A stretch of 64,000 bases of DNA, from NCBI GenBank assembly GCA_036403155.1, contig DASWRM010000045.1, forward strand, positions 44,062 through 108,061, given 5' to 3'. Below are positions 1-9,653 of the stretch, piece after piece; within the stretch, counting starts at the first letter, position 1, and each line of letters starts with the position of its first letter. The position numbers and the translations under genes are program-made. The notes below the pieces were generated by a model. That model was not told the origin of the DNA. It searched no databases and saw only the letters and a list, made by a program, of their open reading frames with translations. Source of the DNA: Gaiellales bacterium. GTDB lineage: Bacteria > Actinomycetota > Thermoleophilia > Gaiellales > JAICJC01.

Positions 1-540
1 GCGCGTGGTCGTGACGAAACCGCGGGAGCCGCCGTCTCGGAACACCTCGTACCGTCGGACCCCCGACCCGCCGGCGTCCGTGGCGGCCGCCCACGACAAC
101 GAGGGGGCGGCCGCGGTAGGCGATGTCGCCGAGATCGAGGTGACGGCGGCCGGGGCGACGACGTCGTAGATCACGGTCGCCGGGGACGACGGGCTGGAGA
201 GCTTGTTGGCGTTCGCGGCCGAGCGCACGGTGTATGCGTACGAGCCGCTCGTCTTCAGGGTCGTGTCGGTGAACGTGAGCGCCGTGGTGCTGCCGACCTG
301 CGTGCCGCCCCGGTAGATGCGATAGCCGCTCGTCGCGCCGGCCGCGGGATTCCACCGGAGCACCGGCGCGGTGCGCGTCGGAGACACCGCCGTCAGCCCG
401 GTCGGCGTGGCCGGCCCGGTGGCGGCGATCGCCGTCGCCGCCAGCAGCGGAGTGCAGACCAGCACCGCTGCGATGCCTCTCGCGTGCAGTCGTCCCCAGA
501 CGAACAGATGCTGCCCTTCGTTGCCCTCGGAGCAGGGCAT
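1..540 (-). CDS. secreted fibronectin type III (FN3) repeat protein; the 3' end lies outside the window
   Basis: My own translation of the minus strand from ATG (540..538) stays open to position 1 (180 codons). The N-terminus is signal-like (GIAAVLVCTPLLAATAIA). It is followed by FN3-like repeats (PTGLTAVSPTRTAPVLRWNPAAGATSGYRIYRGG..TFTDTTLKTSGSYAYTV, then a second repeat SLSWAAATDAGGSGVRRYEVFRDG). It is absent from the ORF track because it runs off the edge. Confidence 0.5.
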   Translation of the reverse strand, partial: MPCSEGNEGQHLFVWGRLHARGIAAVLVCTPLLAATAIAATGPATPTGLTAVSPTRTAPVLRWNPAAGATSGYRIYRGGTQVGSTTALTFTDTTLKTSGSYAYTVRSAANANKLSSPSSPATVIYDVVAPAAVTSISATSPTAAAPSLSWAAATDAGGSGVRRYEVFRDGGSRGFVTTTR

Positions 541-602
541 GACCGTGCCCCCGGCGACCGTACAGCATGGCGCCGATCGTTACAAGGCGGACGCCGAGGC
601 GC

Positions 603-1196
603 TCAGATGCGAAGCCGGTCGACCAGGCGCCCCCACGGCGCGTTCGGGTCGACGATGGCCGCGGCTGCCAGGATCTTCGCCAGGTCGCCGAGCGCGAACG
701 GCCAGAGCCCGTAGTTCAGCACGGTGCCGCCGGTGCCCGTCCACGGCACCGGGATCGCCTGGTGGAGCCACACGAGGCCGGGAGCGTAGAGCGCGACGCT
801 TCCCAGCAGCATCGCCGGCACGGTCGTCCAGAACGCGTGGCCGAAACGGTCGGCCGTGAGCCCGACGACGAAGGCGGCCAGCACGAATCCCCAGAGAAAG
901 CCGCCGCTGGCATGCAGCGGATTGGCCTGCGTGACGATGTCCGCACCTCCGCGGCCGTCCGCGAAGACGGGCGCGCCAGCGGCGCCGACCCCCAGGTAGA
1001 GCAGCTGAGCGGCGACGGCCCGCCGGGCGCCCAGCACCGCGGATGTGGCGAAGACGGCCAGCGTCTGGAGCGTCGTGGGCACGGGTGTGCCGAACGAGAC
1101 CTGTGCTGCCACCGCCGTGACGGCGGCGGCGCCGACCACGAGTCCGGCATGTGCGGCTGCGCTCTCGCGCGTGACGGCCCATGGCTGCTGCTGCAT
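603..1196 (-). CDS. bioY: BioY-family biotin transporter S-component
   Basis: 197-aa polytopic membrane ORF with BioY-like segments (GTPVPTTLQTLAVF, GGFLWGFVLAAFVVGLTADR). Confidence 0.75.
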   Translation of the reverse strand: MQQQPWAVTRESAAAHAGLVVGAAAVTAVAAQVSFGTPVPTTLQTLAVFATSAVLGARRAVAAQLLYLGVGAAGAPVFADGRGGADIVTQANPLHASGGFLWGFVLAAFVVGLTADRFGHAFWTTVPAMLLGSVALYAPGLVWLHQAIPVPWTGTGGTVLNYGLWPFALGDLAKILAAAAIVDPNAPWGRLVDRLRI

Positions 1197-1269
1197 CGAC
1201 GTCCTCCTGAGTGGTGTGCGGCGGTTCGACGGCTCGGGTGCGGCGCCGGTTGCGGGCTACCCTGAACGC

Positions 1270-2232
1270 ATGAACGGCAGCGAGCTTACCGAAGCGCTCG
1301 TCCAACGGGCGCTGGCATCCGGACTTGCGGCATGCGGCGTCTGCCGCGCGGAGCCGTATGCCGCGGCCGAGCGCGCCATCGCCGACCGCGCCGCCCTCGG
1401 CTACTTCGCCGACATGCGGTTCACCATGCGGCGCCCGGACATCTCGTGCCACCCGGAGCGCGCGCTTCGACACGCGCGCTCGGTGGTCGTCGCGGCACAC
1501 AGCTACGCCCGGCCTGAGCCGGATCGGCCCGCCGACGAGCCGCGCGGCCGGCTCCCACGCTACGCGCGACGCGACGAGTACGCGGTGCTGCGCGACCGGC
1601 TCCGCGCCCTCGGGGGGTGGCTGCAGGAGCAGGTGCCGGGGAGCAGGTTCGTCGTCCACGTCGACAGCAACGGGCACGTCGACCGTGAGGCGGCCGTGCG
1701 GGCGGGCATCGCCGTCTACGGCAAGAACACGCTTGCGATCACGCGGCGCCACGGGTCCTGGGTGGTGCTGGGCGTGCTCGTCTCGGACGTTGACCTGGCG
1801 GTCACCCATCCGCATCCCGAGCAGCCGGCGTGGGATGCCTGCGGCGAGTGCCGCGCCTGCATCGACGCCTGCCCCACCGACGCGATCGTTGGCGCCGGTG
1901 TGCTCGACGCGCGCTCGTGCCTCTCCTACCTGACGCAGTCGCGGCTGGAGGACCTGCCCCATGCGGAGGCGTTCGAAGACCGGGTCTACGGCTGTGACAT
2001 CTGCCAGGACGTCTGCCCATGGAACCGGGGAGCCGAGCGCCGCGCCGCGGACGCGGCGCCGGACGACGTCGATGCCGCGTTCCCGCGGCTGGCCGACTGG
2101 CTGGACGCCGAGCCGCAGGAGCTGGCGGAGCGCTACCGCCGGTTGTACGTCCCCGACAACGACGGGCGGTATCTGCAGCGCAATGCGCGCGTCGCGTGGG
2201 GGAACGTCAGCGGCGCGCCGGCGCGGCGGTGA
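1270..2232 (+). CDS. queG: epoxyqueuosine reductase
   Basis: It has two 4Fe-4S ferredoxin motifs (CGECRACIDACPTDAI and YGCDICQDVCPWN) in a QueG-like context. The internal ATG at 1270 (MNGSELTEALV) was chosen because the ORF upstream of it overlaps bioY. Confidence 0.85.
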   Translation: MNGSELTEALVQRALASGLAACGVCRAEPYAAAERAIADRAALGYFADMRFTMRRPDISCHPERALRHARSVVVAAHSYARPEPDRPADEPRGRLPRYARRDEYAVLRDRLRALGGWLQEQVPGSRFVVHVDSNGHVDREAAVRAGIAVYGKNTLAITRRHGSWVVLGVLVSDVDLAVTHPHPEQPAWDACGECRACIDACPTDAIVGAGVLDARSCLSYLTQSRLEDLPHAEAFEDRVYGCDICQDVCPWNRGAERRAADAAPDDVDAAFPRLADWLDAEPQELAERYRRLYVPDNDGRYLQRNARVAWGNVSGAPARR

Positions 2233-4315
2233 CCGAGCGCAGCATGCGATCGGCCGCCTCGCGGACGCTCTCGCGCACGTGCGGCGGGTCGAGCACCTCG
2301 GCCTCACCGCGGTTCTTCAGGATTTCGGGGACGAGCCAGCTCAGCGAGCCGTAGCTGACCGCGGCCAGCGCGGAGCCGTCGCGCAGCATGGTGACGTCGC
2401 GCCGGCCCTCGCGCTCGTACCGCGCACGCGCCGGGGAGAACAGCACGCGGGCCGTGCCGACCTCGCCCCCGAGATGCTGCTCCAAATCGCGCATGTCCTC
2501 ACGCGGCTCGTATTCCTGGTCGAGGAGCTCCGCATCGCGGACGAACGAGACCTTGAATGTCCGGCGCCCGCCCTTCGTCCGGTCGTACGCCTCCACATAC
2601 CAGCCGCGCTGGTCCCGGCGCAGCAGATATGGCTCGATCTCCCGCTGCGAGAAGTCGTTGCTCGACCGCGAGTGGTATCCGATCCGCACGAGCAGGCGCT
2701 GCCGCACGCCCTCGTTCAGCGTGGTCACCGTCGACTCCTCGTCACCGCCGTCGTGCGGCTCGGGCGTGTCGGCCAGCGTGTACTCCCCGAACGCCGCGGA
2801 GATCTTGTCGCGCACGGCCTGCAGGCTGCTGTGGCCCTCGGCGGCGATCACGGGTGCGACGACGTCGAGCGCGCGGAGCAGCGCCTTCGCCTCGAGCGGG
2901 GAGAGGCGTGCGGGGCGGCGGAACGTGTCGCCGTACAGCTCCTTGTCGACGAGCACCGACCCATTCTCGGTCGAGCAGTAGACCGCATAGCAGCCGCCCC
3001 CGAAGTTGACGAGGTTGAGCAGGTCGAGGTGCTCCTGCAGCTCCTGCTGCGTGAGGTGGAACCGGTCGCGGATGTCGTCCGACGACACCTTCGCCGACGC
3101 ATCGTCCCCGCAGCGCTCGAGCAGGAAGGCGAGCAACGCCTGGAGCAGGGCGAACCGCTCGGGGGCGACGGGCCCCTGCGACCGGGAGGGTGCGCCGGTC
3201 GGCTCGTCACCGGTCGACTGGTCGCGCGCCGCTGCCGCGGGATCGCTCGCCTCGTCCTCGTGGAGGTGCATGACCCGCTCGAGGTCGTCGCGCACCATGG
3301 CCACGAGGTCGTCCGGCTCGATCGGACGTATCCGTCCGTTCATCAGCAGGATCGCCTGTGACAGGCCCTCGAGGTTGGAATACTCGGTGGTCAGGGTCGC
3401 CGAGCCGTCCTCATGCTCCTCGAACTCGCCGTTCCCGCCGTAGAGCCGGTCGACCAGCCACGTGTCATCGGCGGAGACCGCGAGCTTGGCCACGCCGGCC
3501 GGCTCCGGGTCGAGCTGCCAGGGCATGCGGTCGCGGTAGACGGTGACGTTGAAGTCGGCCGGTATCCGGAAGTCGCGCTCGCGGCGGGTCGCGAACTTGA
3601 TCTCGCCTCGCATGCGCGAGATGCGGAACGTCTTGCGTGCCTGTGCGGGATCCTCGATCGTGCAGTCGTCGCCGACCACGTACCAGACGCCGTTCAGCTC
3701 GAACAGCCCGTACGGGTTGACGGTCCGCTCGGCGGTCGTGTCGCTGCGGGCCGTCCAGTAGGTGAACCTGATGGTGCGCTGCTTGCTGATCGCCTGCTCG
3801 AGCTTCGCCAGCCGCTGCGAGATCTCGGGCGTGTAGACGCTGCCGAGCAGTTCCACGCGTGCGGTCTTGGGCCCCGGGTCGATCTGATGCTGCGCGCGAC
3901 CCAGCGCGAGGTTCTGGAGCGCGAGGCGCAGCGGCTCGGCGTACGCGAACTGGCCCTCCAGCAGGTAGAAGCTCGTCTGCAGGGCGGCCAGCTCGGCGTC
4001 GGTCAGGTCGATCGGCGGCAGGAAATAGTTCTCCTGGCGCAGGTTGTAGAGCTCCTCGCCGGTGAACTCATCGCGGCCCGAGGTGATCGGCACGCCCAGG
4101 CCCTGCAGCTCCGAGCGGTCGGCGTAGTACCGGCGCGCGAACGCCTCGTCGCCCATGTTGGCGTAGCCCTCGACGTTGTTCTTCACGTCACGGGCTGTGA
4201 CCGGTCGCTGTTCCGCCATCAGATAGGCGACGAGCGACAGCTGGCGGATGAGCTTGTCGGAGTCGTGAGTCAAGGAGGAAGGCAGTGTACCGGCCGCCCG
4301 TGCGCAGAGCCGCAC
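2207..4315 (-). CDS. pafBC: fused PafB-PafC-like transcriptional regulator (two HTH-WYL-WCX modules in one chain)
   Basis: 702-aa ORF. The first half has an HTH (DKLIRQLSLVAYL) and a WYL region (RTIRFTYWTARSD..VNPYGLFELNGVWYVVGDD..RKTFRISRM). The second half has a second HTH-like segment (ERFALLQALLAFLLE) and a second WYL region (LLVRIGYHS..IEPYLLRRDQRGWYVEAYDRTKGGRRTFKVSFV). The exact start is uncertain: ATG 4315, or TTG near 4272. Confidence 0.75.
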   Translation of the reverse strand: MRLCARAAGTLPSSLTHDSDKLIRQLSLVAYLMAEQRPVTARDVKNNVEGYANMGDEAFARRYYADRSELQGLGVPITSGRDEFTGEELYNLRQENYFLPPIDLTDAELAALQTSFYLLEGQFAYAEPLRLALQNLALGRAQHQIDPGPKTARVELLGSVYTPEISQRLAKLEQAISKQRTIRFTYWTARSDTTAERTVNPYGLFELNGVWYVVGDDCTIEDPAQARKTFRISRMRGEIKFATRRERDFRIPADFNVTVYRDRMPWQLDPEPAGVAKLAVSADDTWLVDRLYGGNGEFEEHEDGSATLTTEYSNLEGLSQAILLMNGRIRPIEPDDLVAMVRDDLERVMHLHEDEASDPAAAARDQSTGDEPTGAPSRSQGPVAPERFALLQALLAFLLERCGDDASAKVSSDDIRDRFHLTQQELQEHLDLLNLVNFGGGCYAVYCSTENGSVLVDKELYGDTFRRPARLSPLEAKALLRALDVVAPVIAAEGHSSLQAVRDKISAAFGEYTLADTPEPHDGGDEESTVTTLNEGVRQRLLVRIGYHSRSSNDFSQREIEPYLLRRDQRGWYVEAYDRTKGGRRTFKVSFVRDAELLDQEYEPREDMRDLEQHLGGEVGTARVLFSPARARYEREGRRDVTMLRDGSALAAVSYGSLSWLVPEILKNRGEAEVLDPPHVRESVREAADRMLRSVTAAPARR

Positions 4316-4390
4316 GGGTCGTCACGATTTCGCCGCATTGTCGGCACGACGCGCGGTCTCCGGGGCGCGGGTGACGGCATCGGCCGTCGG

Positions 4391-4405
4391 TATGCTCGGG
4401 CCGTG
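4391..4405 (+). promoter_or_regulatory. candidate -10 box for a leaderless dinB transcript
   Basis: TATGCT (4391-4396, TAnnnT) lies 6 nt upstream of the GTG start at 4403. No Shine-Dalgarno sequence lies in between. Confidence 0.35.
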
Positions 4406-5443
4406 ATCGCACATCTCGACCTGGACGCATTCTTCGCGGCCGTCGAGCTGCACCGCCGGCCCGAGCTGCGCGGGAAGCCACTCGTGGTCGGCGGAGATCC
4501 ACGCGGCCGGGGGGTGGTGTCGACGGCCAGCTACGAGGCGCGCAGATACGGCATCCGGTCGGCGATGAGCTGCGCGGAGGCGCTGCGGCGATGCCCACAC
4601 GCCGTGTTCGTGCGGCCCGATCACAGCACCTACCGCGAATGGTCGCGCCGGGTGTGGGACGTCGTGCGGGAGCGGGCGCCCGTGGTCGAGCAGATCGGCA
4701 TCGACGAGGGCTACCTGACGCTTGCACCGGGCGACCCGCCCGAGCAGGCGGCCGCCGTGCAACGGGCGATCCGCGAGCAGGTGCGCCTGTCGGCGTCGCT
4801 CGGCGTCGCGACCTGCAAGGTGGTGTGCAAGATCGCCTCTGACGTGCGCAAGCCGGGCGGCATCACGTACGTGCCGGCCGGCGGCGAAGCGTCCTTCCTG
4901 GCGCCGCTGGACGTCCGGCGGCTTCCCGGCGTCGGCCCCAAGAGCGAGCAGCGGCTCGCGGCGCTCTCGATCACGACGATCGGCGGGCTCGCCCAGCTCG
5001 ATGACGCCCGGATGGCGGAGCTGCTCCCCGGGCGCGGCTGGCTCGAGCTGCGCGACCGGGCACGCGGGATCGATCCGCGGGCCGTGTCGGGCGAGCCGGG
5101 CGAGGCCGTGTCGGTGTCCACCGAGGAGACGTTCGACGTGGACATCGCCGATCGCGCGGAGCTCCGGGCGCGTCTACGGTCGATGGCAGGTCCGCTCGCG
5201 GACGGCCTGCAGCGCGACGGTCGCAACGCCCGAACGGTGACGGCGAAGCTCCGCTACGCGGACTTTTCCATCGTCACCCGGTCACAGTCACTGGCGGTCG
5301 GAACCGACGACCGCGAGCAGATCGCCGACCTGGCGTGCACGCTGCTCGACCGGGCGCTCGACGCACGGCCGGGCGCGCTACGTCTGGTCGGCGTGGGGGT
5401 GTCGGGCTTCGAGCTGCACAAGCAGCTCAGCCTCGGCGTCTAG
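4403..5443 (+). CDS. dinB: DNA polymerase IV (Y-family translesion polymerase)
   Basis: The N-terminus VIAHLDLDAFFAAVELHRRPELRGKPLVVGG, plus STASYEARRYGIRSAMS and GIDEGYLTL, are canonical DinB motifs. The GTG at 4403 is in frame with ORF 3413..5443. Confidence 0.9.
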   Translation: MIAHLDLDAFFAAVELHRRPELRGKPLVVGGDPRGRGVVSTASYEARRYGIRSAMSCAEALRRCPHAVFVRPDHSTYREWSRRVWDVVRERAPVVEQIGIDEGYLTLAPGDPPEQAAAVQRAIREQVRLSASLGVATCKVVCKIASDVRKPGGITYVPAGGEASFLAPLDVRRLPGVGPKSEQRLAALSITTIGGLAQLDDARMAELLPGRGWLELRDRARGIDPRAVSGEPGEAVSVSTEETFDVDIADRAELRARLRSMAGPLADGLQRDGRNARTVTAKLRYADFSIVTRSQSLAVGTDDREQIADLACTLLDRALDARPGALRLVGVGVSGFELHKQLSLGV

Positions 5444-5853
5444 ACCGGGAGCACCTTGCGCTCTTCGAGGTGCTGGTGCGACGGGCAGTACTCGCGCTCG
5501 GGCAGCGGGGTGCGCTGGCACGGCTTGCCCTTGCGGGTGGTCGCCTTGCAGCTGGCGACGCCCTCGCCGTTTCGCTCGAGCTCCTCGAGGATGAACTTCA
5601 CCGCCTGAGTGATGTTCCGGTCGATCGAGCTGTACACGCGCGCCTGGTTGGAGATCGAGAACAGGTGCCTGATCTCGTGGAACAGGCTCTGGCTCGGCTT
5701 GGCGAAGTAGTGGGGATCGCGGGCGAGGCGCTCGATCGTCGCCTCACACGACTGCAGCACGCGGCGCTTGCCCTCCGGGACGGATACCGTCTCGGGATGG
5801 GGATCGACCAGATCCTTGATCTCGACGAATATCGCGCGGCTGAATCGATACAT
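5440..5853 (-). CDS. hypothetical protein with a C-terminal Cys/His cluster (possible zinc knuckle)
   Basis: The ORF starts at MYRFSRAIFVEIKDL. The C-terminus is CKATTRKGKPCQRTPLPEREYCPSHQH. Its GC content is visibly lower than that of its neighbours. I recognise no family. Confidence 0.5.
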   Translation of the reverse strand: MYRFSRAIFVEIKDLVDPHPETVSVPEGKRRVLQSCEATIERLARDPHYFAKPSQSLFHEIRHLFSISNQARVYSSIDRNITQAVKFILEELERNGEGVASCKATTRKGKPCQRTPLPEREYCPSHQHLEERKVLPV

Positions 5854-6011
5854 GCTCGCTCTCCAGACTGTCACAAGGTCGACGGCGGCTAGGGGGCATT
5901 ATGCCCTGGGGAGCGTGGATTTTGCGAGGCCGAATGTTAAGTAGCGGTTAATCTCCGCGGTATTTCCAGGAAAACGACGGTCTAGACCGGCGAATCCGCG
6001 TCAGGAGGCAG

Positions 6012-6932
6012 GTGTCACAAGCTTCGCCACCCACGTGTTACATGAGCGAGCTGTTCGGGCGGCACGATCCCGGGCCGGGACACCCGGAGCGACCCGAGCG
6101 CTACGCGGCCGTCGCGGCGGCCGTGCGGGCGGCCGGAGCTCCGGTCCGGGAGGCGCCGCCCGCCCCGGCGGACGCGCTCGAGCGGGTGCACGCGCCGGCC
6201 TATCTCGAGCCCCTGGAGCGGTTCTGCACCGCCGGGGGTGGGGCGCTCGACCCGGACACCGTCGTCACCGGTGTCTCCTGGCGAGCCGCGATCCGCGGCG
6301 CAGGCGGCGCGATGGCGGCCGTGGACGCGGTCGCCGCCGACCCGTCCCGCTCCGCGTTCAGCTTCGGGCGCCCGCCCGGCCACCATGCCGAGGCGGCGCG
6401 GGCGATGGGCTTCTGCATCGTCAACAGCGCAGCGGTCGCGGCCGCCCACGCCCGCCACACGCTCGGCATGGATCGCGTGGCGGTGCTCGACTGGGACGCC
6501 CACCATGGGAACGGCACCCAGGCGATCTTCTACGAGGACCCCACGGTGCTGTACGTGTCGCTGCACCAGCATCCGTTCTACCCGGGCACCGGCACGGCGG
6601 CCGAGCGAGGCGCAGGTGACGGCGTCGGCGCGACGGTGAACCTCCCGCTCCCGGCGGGCACCGGAGAGGACGCGTTCCTGGAGGCATTCCGGGCGCACGC
6701 CCTTCCGGCGATCGAGCGGTTCGGCCCCGACCTGGCGATCGTGTCGGCCGGTTTCGACGCCCACCGCGACGACCCGCTCTGCTCGCTCGGCGTGACGGCG
6801 GATGGGTTCGGCACCATGGCGAGCGAGCTGCGGGAGCGGTTCGGCGGTCTGGCGCTCGTGCTCGAGGGCGGCTATGACTTGGGCGCGCTCGAGTCCGGTG
6901 TCGGCGCCGTGCTGACCGCGCTGGCGGCGTGA
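6012..6932 (+). CDS. histone deacetylase-family (class II HDAC / acetoin-utilisation type) deacetylase
   Basis: GRPPGHHAE, DWDAHHGNGTQAIFY and LHQHPFYPGTG motifs. The start may be the internal ATG near 6042. Confidence 0.85.
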   Translation: MSQASPPTCYMSELFGRHDPGPGHPERPERYAAVAAAVRAAGAPVREAPPAPADALERVHAPAYLEPLERFCTAGGGALDPDTVVTGVSWRAAIRGAGGAMAAVDAVAADPSRSAFSFGRPPGHHAEAARAMGFCIVNSAAVAAAHARHTLGMDRVAVLDWDAHHGNGTQAIFYEDPTVLYVSLHQHPFYPGTGTAAERGAGDGVGATVNLPLPAGTGEDAFLEAFRAHALPAIERFGPDLAIVSAGFDAHRDDPLCSLGVTADGFGTMASELRERFGGLALVLEGGYDLGALESGVGAVLTALAA

Positions 6933-6963
6933 CGCCTGGCTTGACTGCCGGCCGTGACGTGAG

Positions 6964-8232
6964 ATGGTGCGTGGTCTCATGGCTCGTGGCCGCCTGATCA
7001 TCGTGCTGGCTGCCGCCATCGCGGCACCGCTCGTCGCGGCTTCAGCGGGGAGCGCGGCGGAAGGGACGACGACCGGGACGCTCGCCGCCGGCGGTGTTGC
7101 CGTGGAGAGCTTCAGGGCGAGCGCGACCGGCCCGGTGGCCCTGCGCGTCGAGTGGGAGAACACATCCGCCAAGCTGACCGCGACGCTGCTCAGGCGCGGG
7201 GCGGACGGCGTCTACCGGCGCGTCGCGGCGGCGACGGGTGCCGAGATGCCGCAGCTGATCGTGTTCAGCGCCTCACCCGGGAGCTACCGCGTGCGGATCG
7301 CGGCCGTGCGCGGATCGACGCCCTACCAGTCGTGGCTCCGGTACCCGACCGCTGCTCCGCCGACCCCGTCCCCGGGGCATCTGACTGTCCAGTTCGGCCG
7401 CTCGATGATCGGGGCGGTGACCTCGTCGTGTGCCCTTCGGCCGGGAGCCGTCTCGCTGCTCAGCGTGGCGAGTCTCCTGCAGCAGCGGGGCATCGCCGCC
7501 ACCTCGAACGCGACGGTCGATCTGGTCGGGACATGTGGCGGCAGCATCGGCTACGCGTCGTGGGGGCAGCTGCAGACCCTGCGCGACACCTACGGCTGGA
7601 CGCTGACGAGCCGGGGCGTGACCGGGCGTGACCTGACCGGCCTCAGCGCCGAGGAGCAGACGGCTGAGACCTGCGGCAGTCTCCAGGCGTTCGTCGATCA
7701 CGGCTTCACGCGTGCGTGGGGGCTGTTCAGCTACGCCGGCGGCGATCCCGTCGCCGACGCCCAGACGGGCGCGGTCAACCGGTGCTTCTCCTATGGCCGC
7801 GACTACGAACCGCTCTCGAACGCCTATCCGGTCGCTGCCCCGTACATCGTGTACGTGAATGACGTGATCGGCGGGCGCTGCCACAATCCGACGCTGGCGT
7901 GTTACGGAATGCCGATCAAGAACGCACGGTGGTACATGCCCCGCCAGCTGCTCCTGGCCTACGCGAACGCAGGGCTGGACGGGACAGGCAGGTGGGACAT
8001 CCTTCAGTTCTACCGGATGGTCGGCGGGCACGCCGGGACGACGTCGAGCACGACTCCCGCCTGGAGCTGCGACGCACCCGATCCGCGCGACCACTGGACG
8101 AACCAGCCCGAGCTCTACTGTCTGAACGACATGCTGTGGGTGCTCGACCGCGTCGACCCGTCGATCTCGTACACCGACCCGGCGGCCATGGGCGCCGCGC
8201 AGGGCCGCGATTTCACGCCTGCTACAGGCTGA
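6964..8232 (+). CDS. secreted protein of unknown function
   Basis: Signal peptide (RLIIVLAAAIAAPLVAASAGSA), then a beta-rich N-domain and a C-domain that loosely resembles a NodB/polysaccharide-deacetylase fold. The TFDDG-type motif is missing (LTVQFGRSM is in its place). Confidence 0.5.
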   Translation: MVRGLMARGRLIIVLAAAIAAPLVAASAGSAAEGTTTGTLAAGGVAVESFRASATGPVALRVEWENTSAKLTATLLRRGADGVYRRVAAATGAEMPQLIVFSASPGSYRVRIAAVRGSTPYQSWLRYPTAAPPTPSPGHLTVQFGRSMIGAVTSSCALRPGAVSLLSVASLLQQRGIAATSNATVDLVGTCGGSIGYASWGQLQTLRDTYGWTLTSRGVTGRDLTGLSAEEQTAETCGSLQAFVDHGFTRAWGLFSYAGGDPVADAQTGAVNRCFSYGRDYEPLSNAYPVAAPYIVYVNDVIGGRCHNPTLACYGMPIKNARWYMPRQLLLAYANAGLDGTGRWDILQFYRMVGGHAGTTSSTTPAWSCDAPDPRDHWTNQPELYCLNDMLWVLDRVDPSISYTDPAAMGAAQGRDFTPATG

Positions 8233-9652
8233 TCACGACCATCCGCGGCTCGGTCATCTCCTGCACCGCGAACTTCGGCCCCTCGCGCGTGTTGCCGGAC
8301 TCCTTGACGCCGCCGTAGGGCATCTGGTCGGCGCGGAAGGTCGGCGCCTCGTTGATCGTGACCCCGCCGAAGTCGAGCCGGCGCGCGGCCTGCATGGCCT
8401 TCGAGATGTCCTGGGTGAAGATCCCTGCCTGCAGCCCGTAGTCCGTGCCGTTGGCCTGCTCGATCGCCTCGTCCAGCCCGGACACCCGGGACACCGTCAC
8501 GACGGGGCCGAACACCTCGCGGCAGGCGACGTCCATGTCCAGGGACACGTTGCCGAGCAGCGTCGGCTGCAGCAGGCCGTCGTCGTTCACGTCGCCACCG
8601 GCCAGCAGGGTCGCCCCGCTCGCCTCCGCCGCGTCGACCCAGCTCTTGATCCGGTCGCGGTTCTCCCGGTCGATCACCGGGCCGACCTGCGTGTCGGGAT
8701 CGAGCGGGTCGCCCACCTTGAGCGCCTGCACCTTCGGCACCAGCTTTTCGAGCAGGGCGTCGTGTGCGGAGTCCTCGACGTACACCCGCTGCACCGAGAT
8801 GCAGCTTTGGCCGGCAAACGCGTAGCCGTTGGCTGCGATCGCCGCCGCGGCCTTGTCGAGGTCACCGTCGGCAAGCACGATCAGCGGCGTGGAGTTGCCG
8901 AGCTCGAGCGAGACCTTCTTCTTGTGCCCGCGCTCGCGGATGCCCCACCCGACCTGCGACGAGCCGGTGAACGTGATCATGCGCACGCGCTCGTCGCCGG
9001 TCAGCACGTCGCCGATCTCGCTCGACTTGCCGACCACGACGTTGAGCCACCCGGCCGGCTGCCCGGCGTCGGCGAAGGCCCGCGCGAGCAGCAGCGCGGA
9101 GAGCGGCGTGGCGCCGGCCGGCTTGAGCACCACCGCGCAGCCGGCCGCGAATCCCGGCCCCACCTTGTGGCAGACGAGGTTCAGCGGGAAGTTGAAGGGC
9201 GAGATCGCCCCGACCACTCCGATCGGCACGCGCATGATCAGGCCGGCCTTGTTCTCGCCCGCGGGGTGGGCGTCCATGCCGACCGTCTCCCCGGTCAGCC
9301 GGCGAGCCTCGAGCGCCGAGAAGGTGATCGTCTGCACGGCGCGGTCGACCTCGACAAGGGCGGTCGTCACCGGCTTGCCCGCCTCGAGCGCGATCGTGCG
9401 GGCGAAGTCCTCGCGCCGCTCGCGCAGCAGCTCTGCGACTGCGTCGAGAATCGCCGCGCGGCGGTGGGCCGGCAGCGGGCTCTGCATCGCCCGCTCGGCG
9501 GCGTCGATCGCCCGGCGGGCGTCGTCGCCGCCTCCGTAGGCGACCCGGCCGACGACGCTGCCGTCGAACGGGGAAGTGACGTCCCGGGTCTCGCCCGTCT
9601 CGTACCACTCGCCGCCGACGTAGAGCTTGTGCACGGTCTCGGTCGCAGCCAT
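8222..9652 (-). CDS. NAD(P)-dependent aldehyde dehydrogenase
   Basis: 476 aa. It has ALDH motifs: FTGSSQVG, LELGNSTP, and the catalytic Cys in FAGQSCISVQR. Confidence 0.85.
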   Translation of the reverse strand: MAATETVHKLYVGGEWYETGETRDVTSPFDGSVVGRVAYGGGDDARRAIDAAERAMQSPLPAHRRAAILDAVAELLRERREDFARTIALEAGKPVTTALVEVDRAVQTITFSALEARRLTGETVGMDAHPAGENKAGLIMRVPIGVVGAISPFNFPLNLVCHKVGPGFAAGCAVVLKPAGATPLSALLLARAFADAGQPAGWLNVVVGKSSEIGDVLTGDERVRMITFTGSSQVGWGIRERGHKKKVSLELGNSTPLIVLADGDLDKAAAAIAANGYAFAGQSCISVQRVYVEDSAHDALLEKLVPKVQALKVGDPLDPDTQVGPVIDRENRDRIKSWVDAAEASGATLLAGGDVNDDGLLQPTLLGNVSLDMDVACREVFGPVVTVSRVSGLDEAIEQANGTDYGLQAGIFTQDISKAMQAARRLDFGGVTINEAPTFRADQMPYGGVKESGNTREGPKFAVQEMTEPRMVVISL

Positions 9653-9653
9653 G

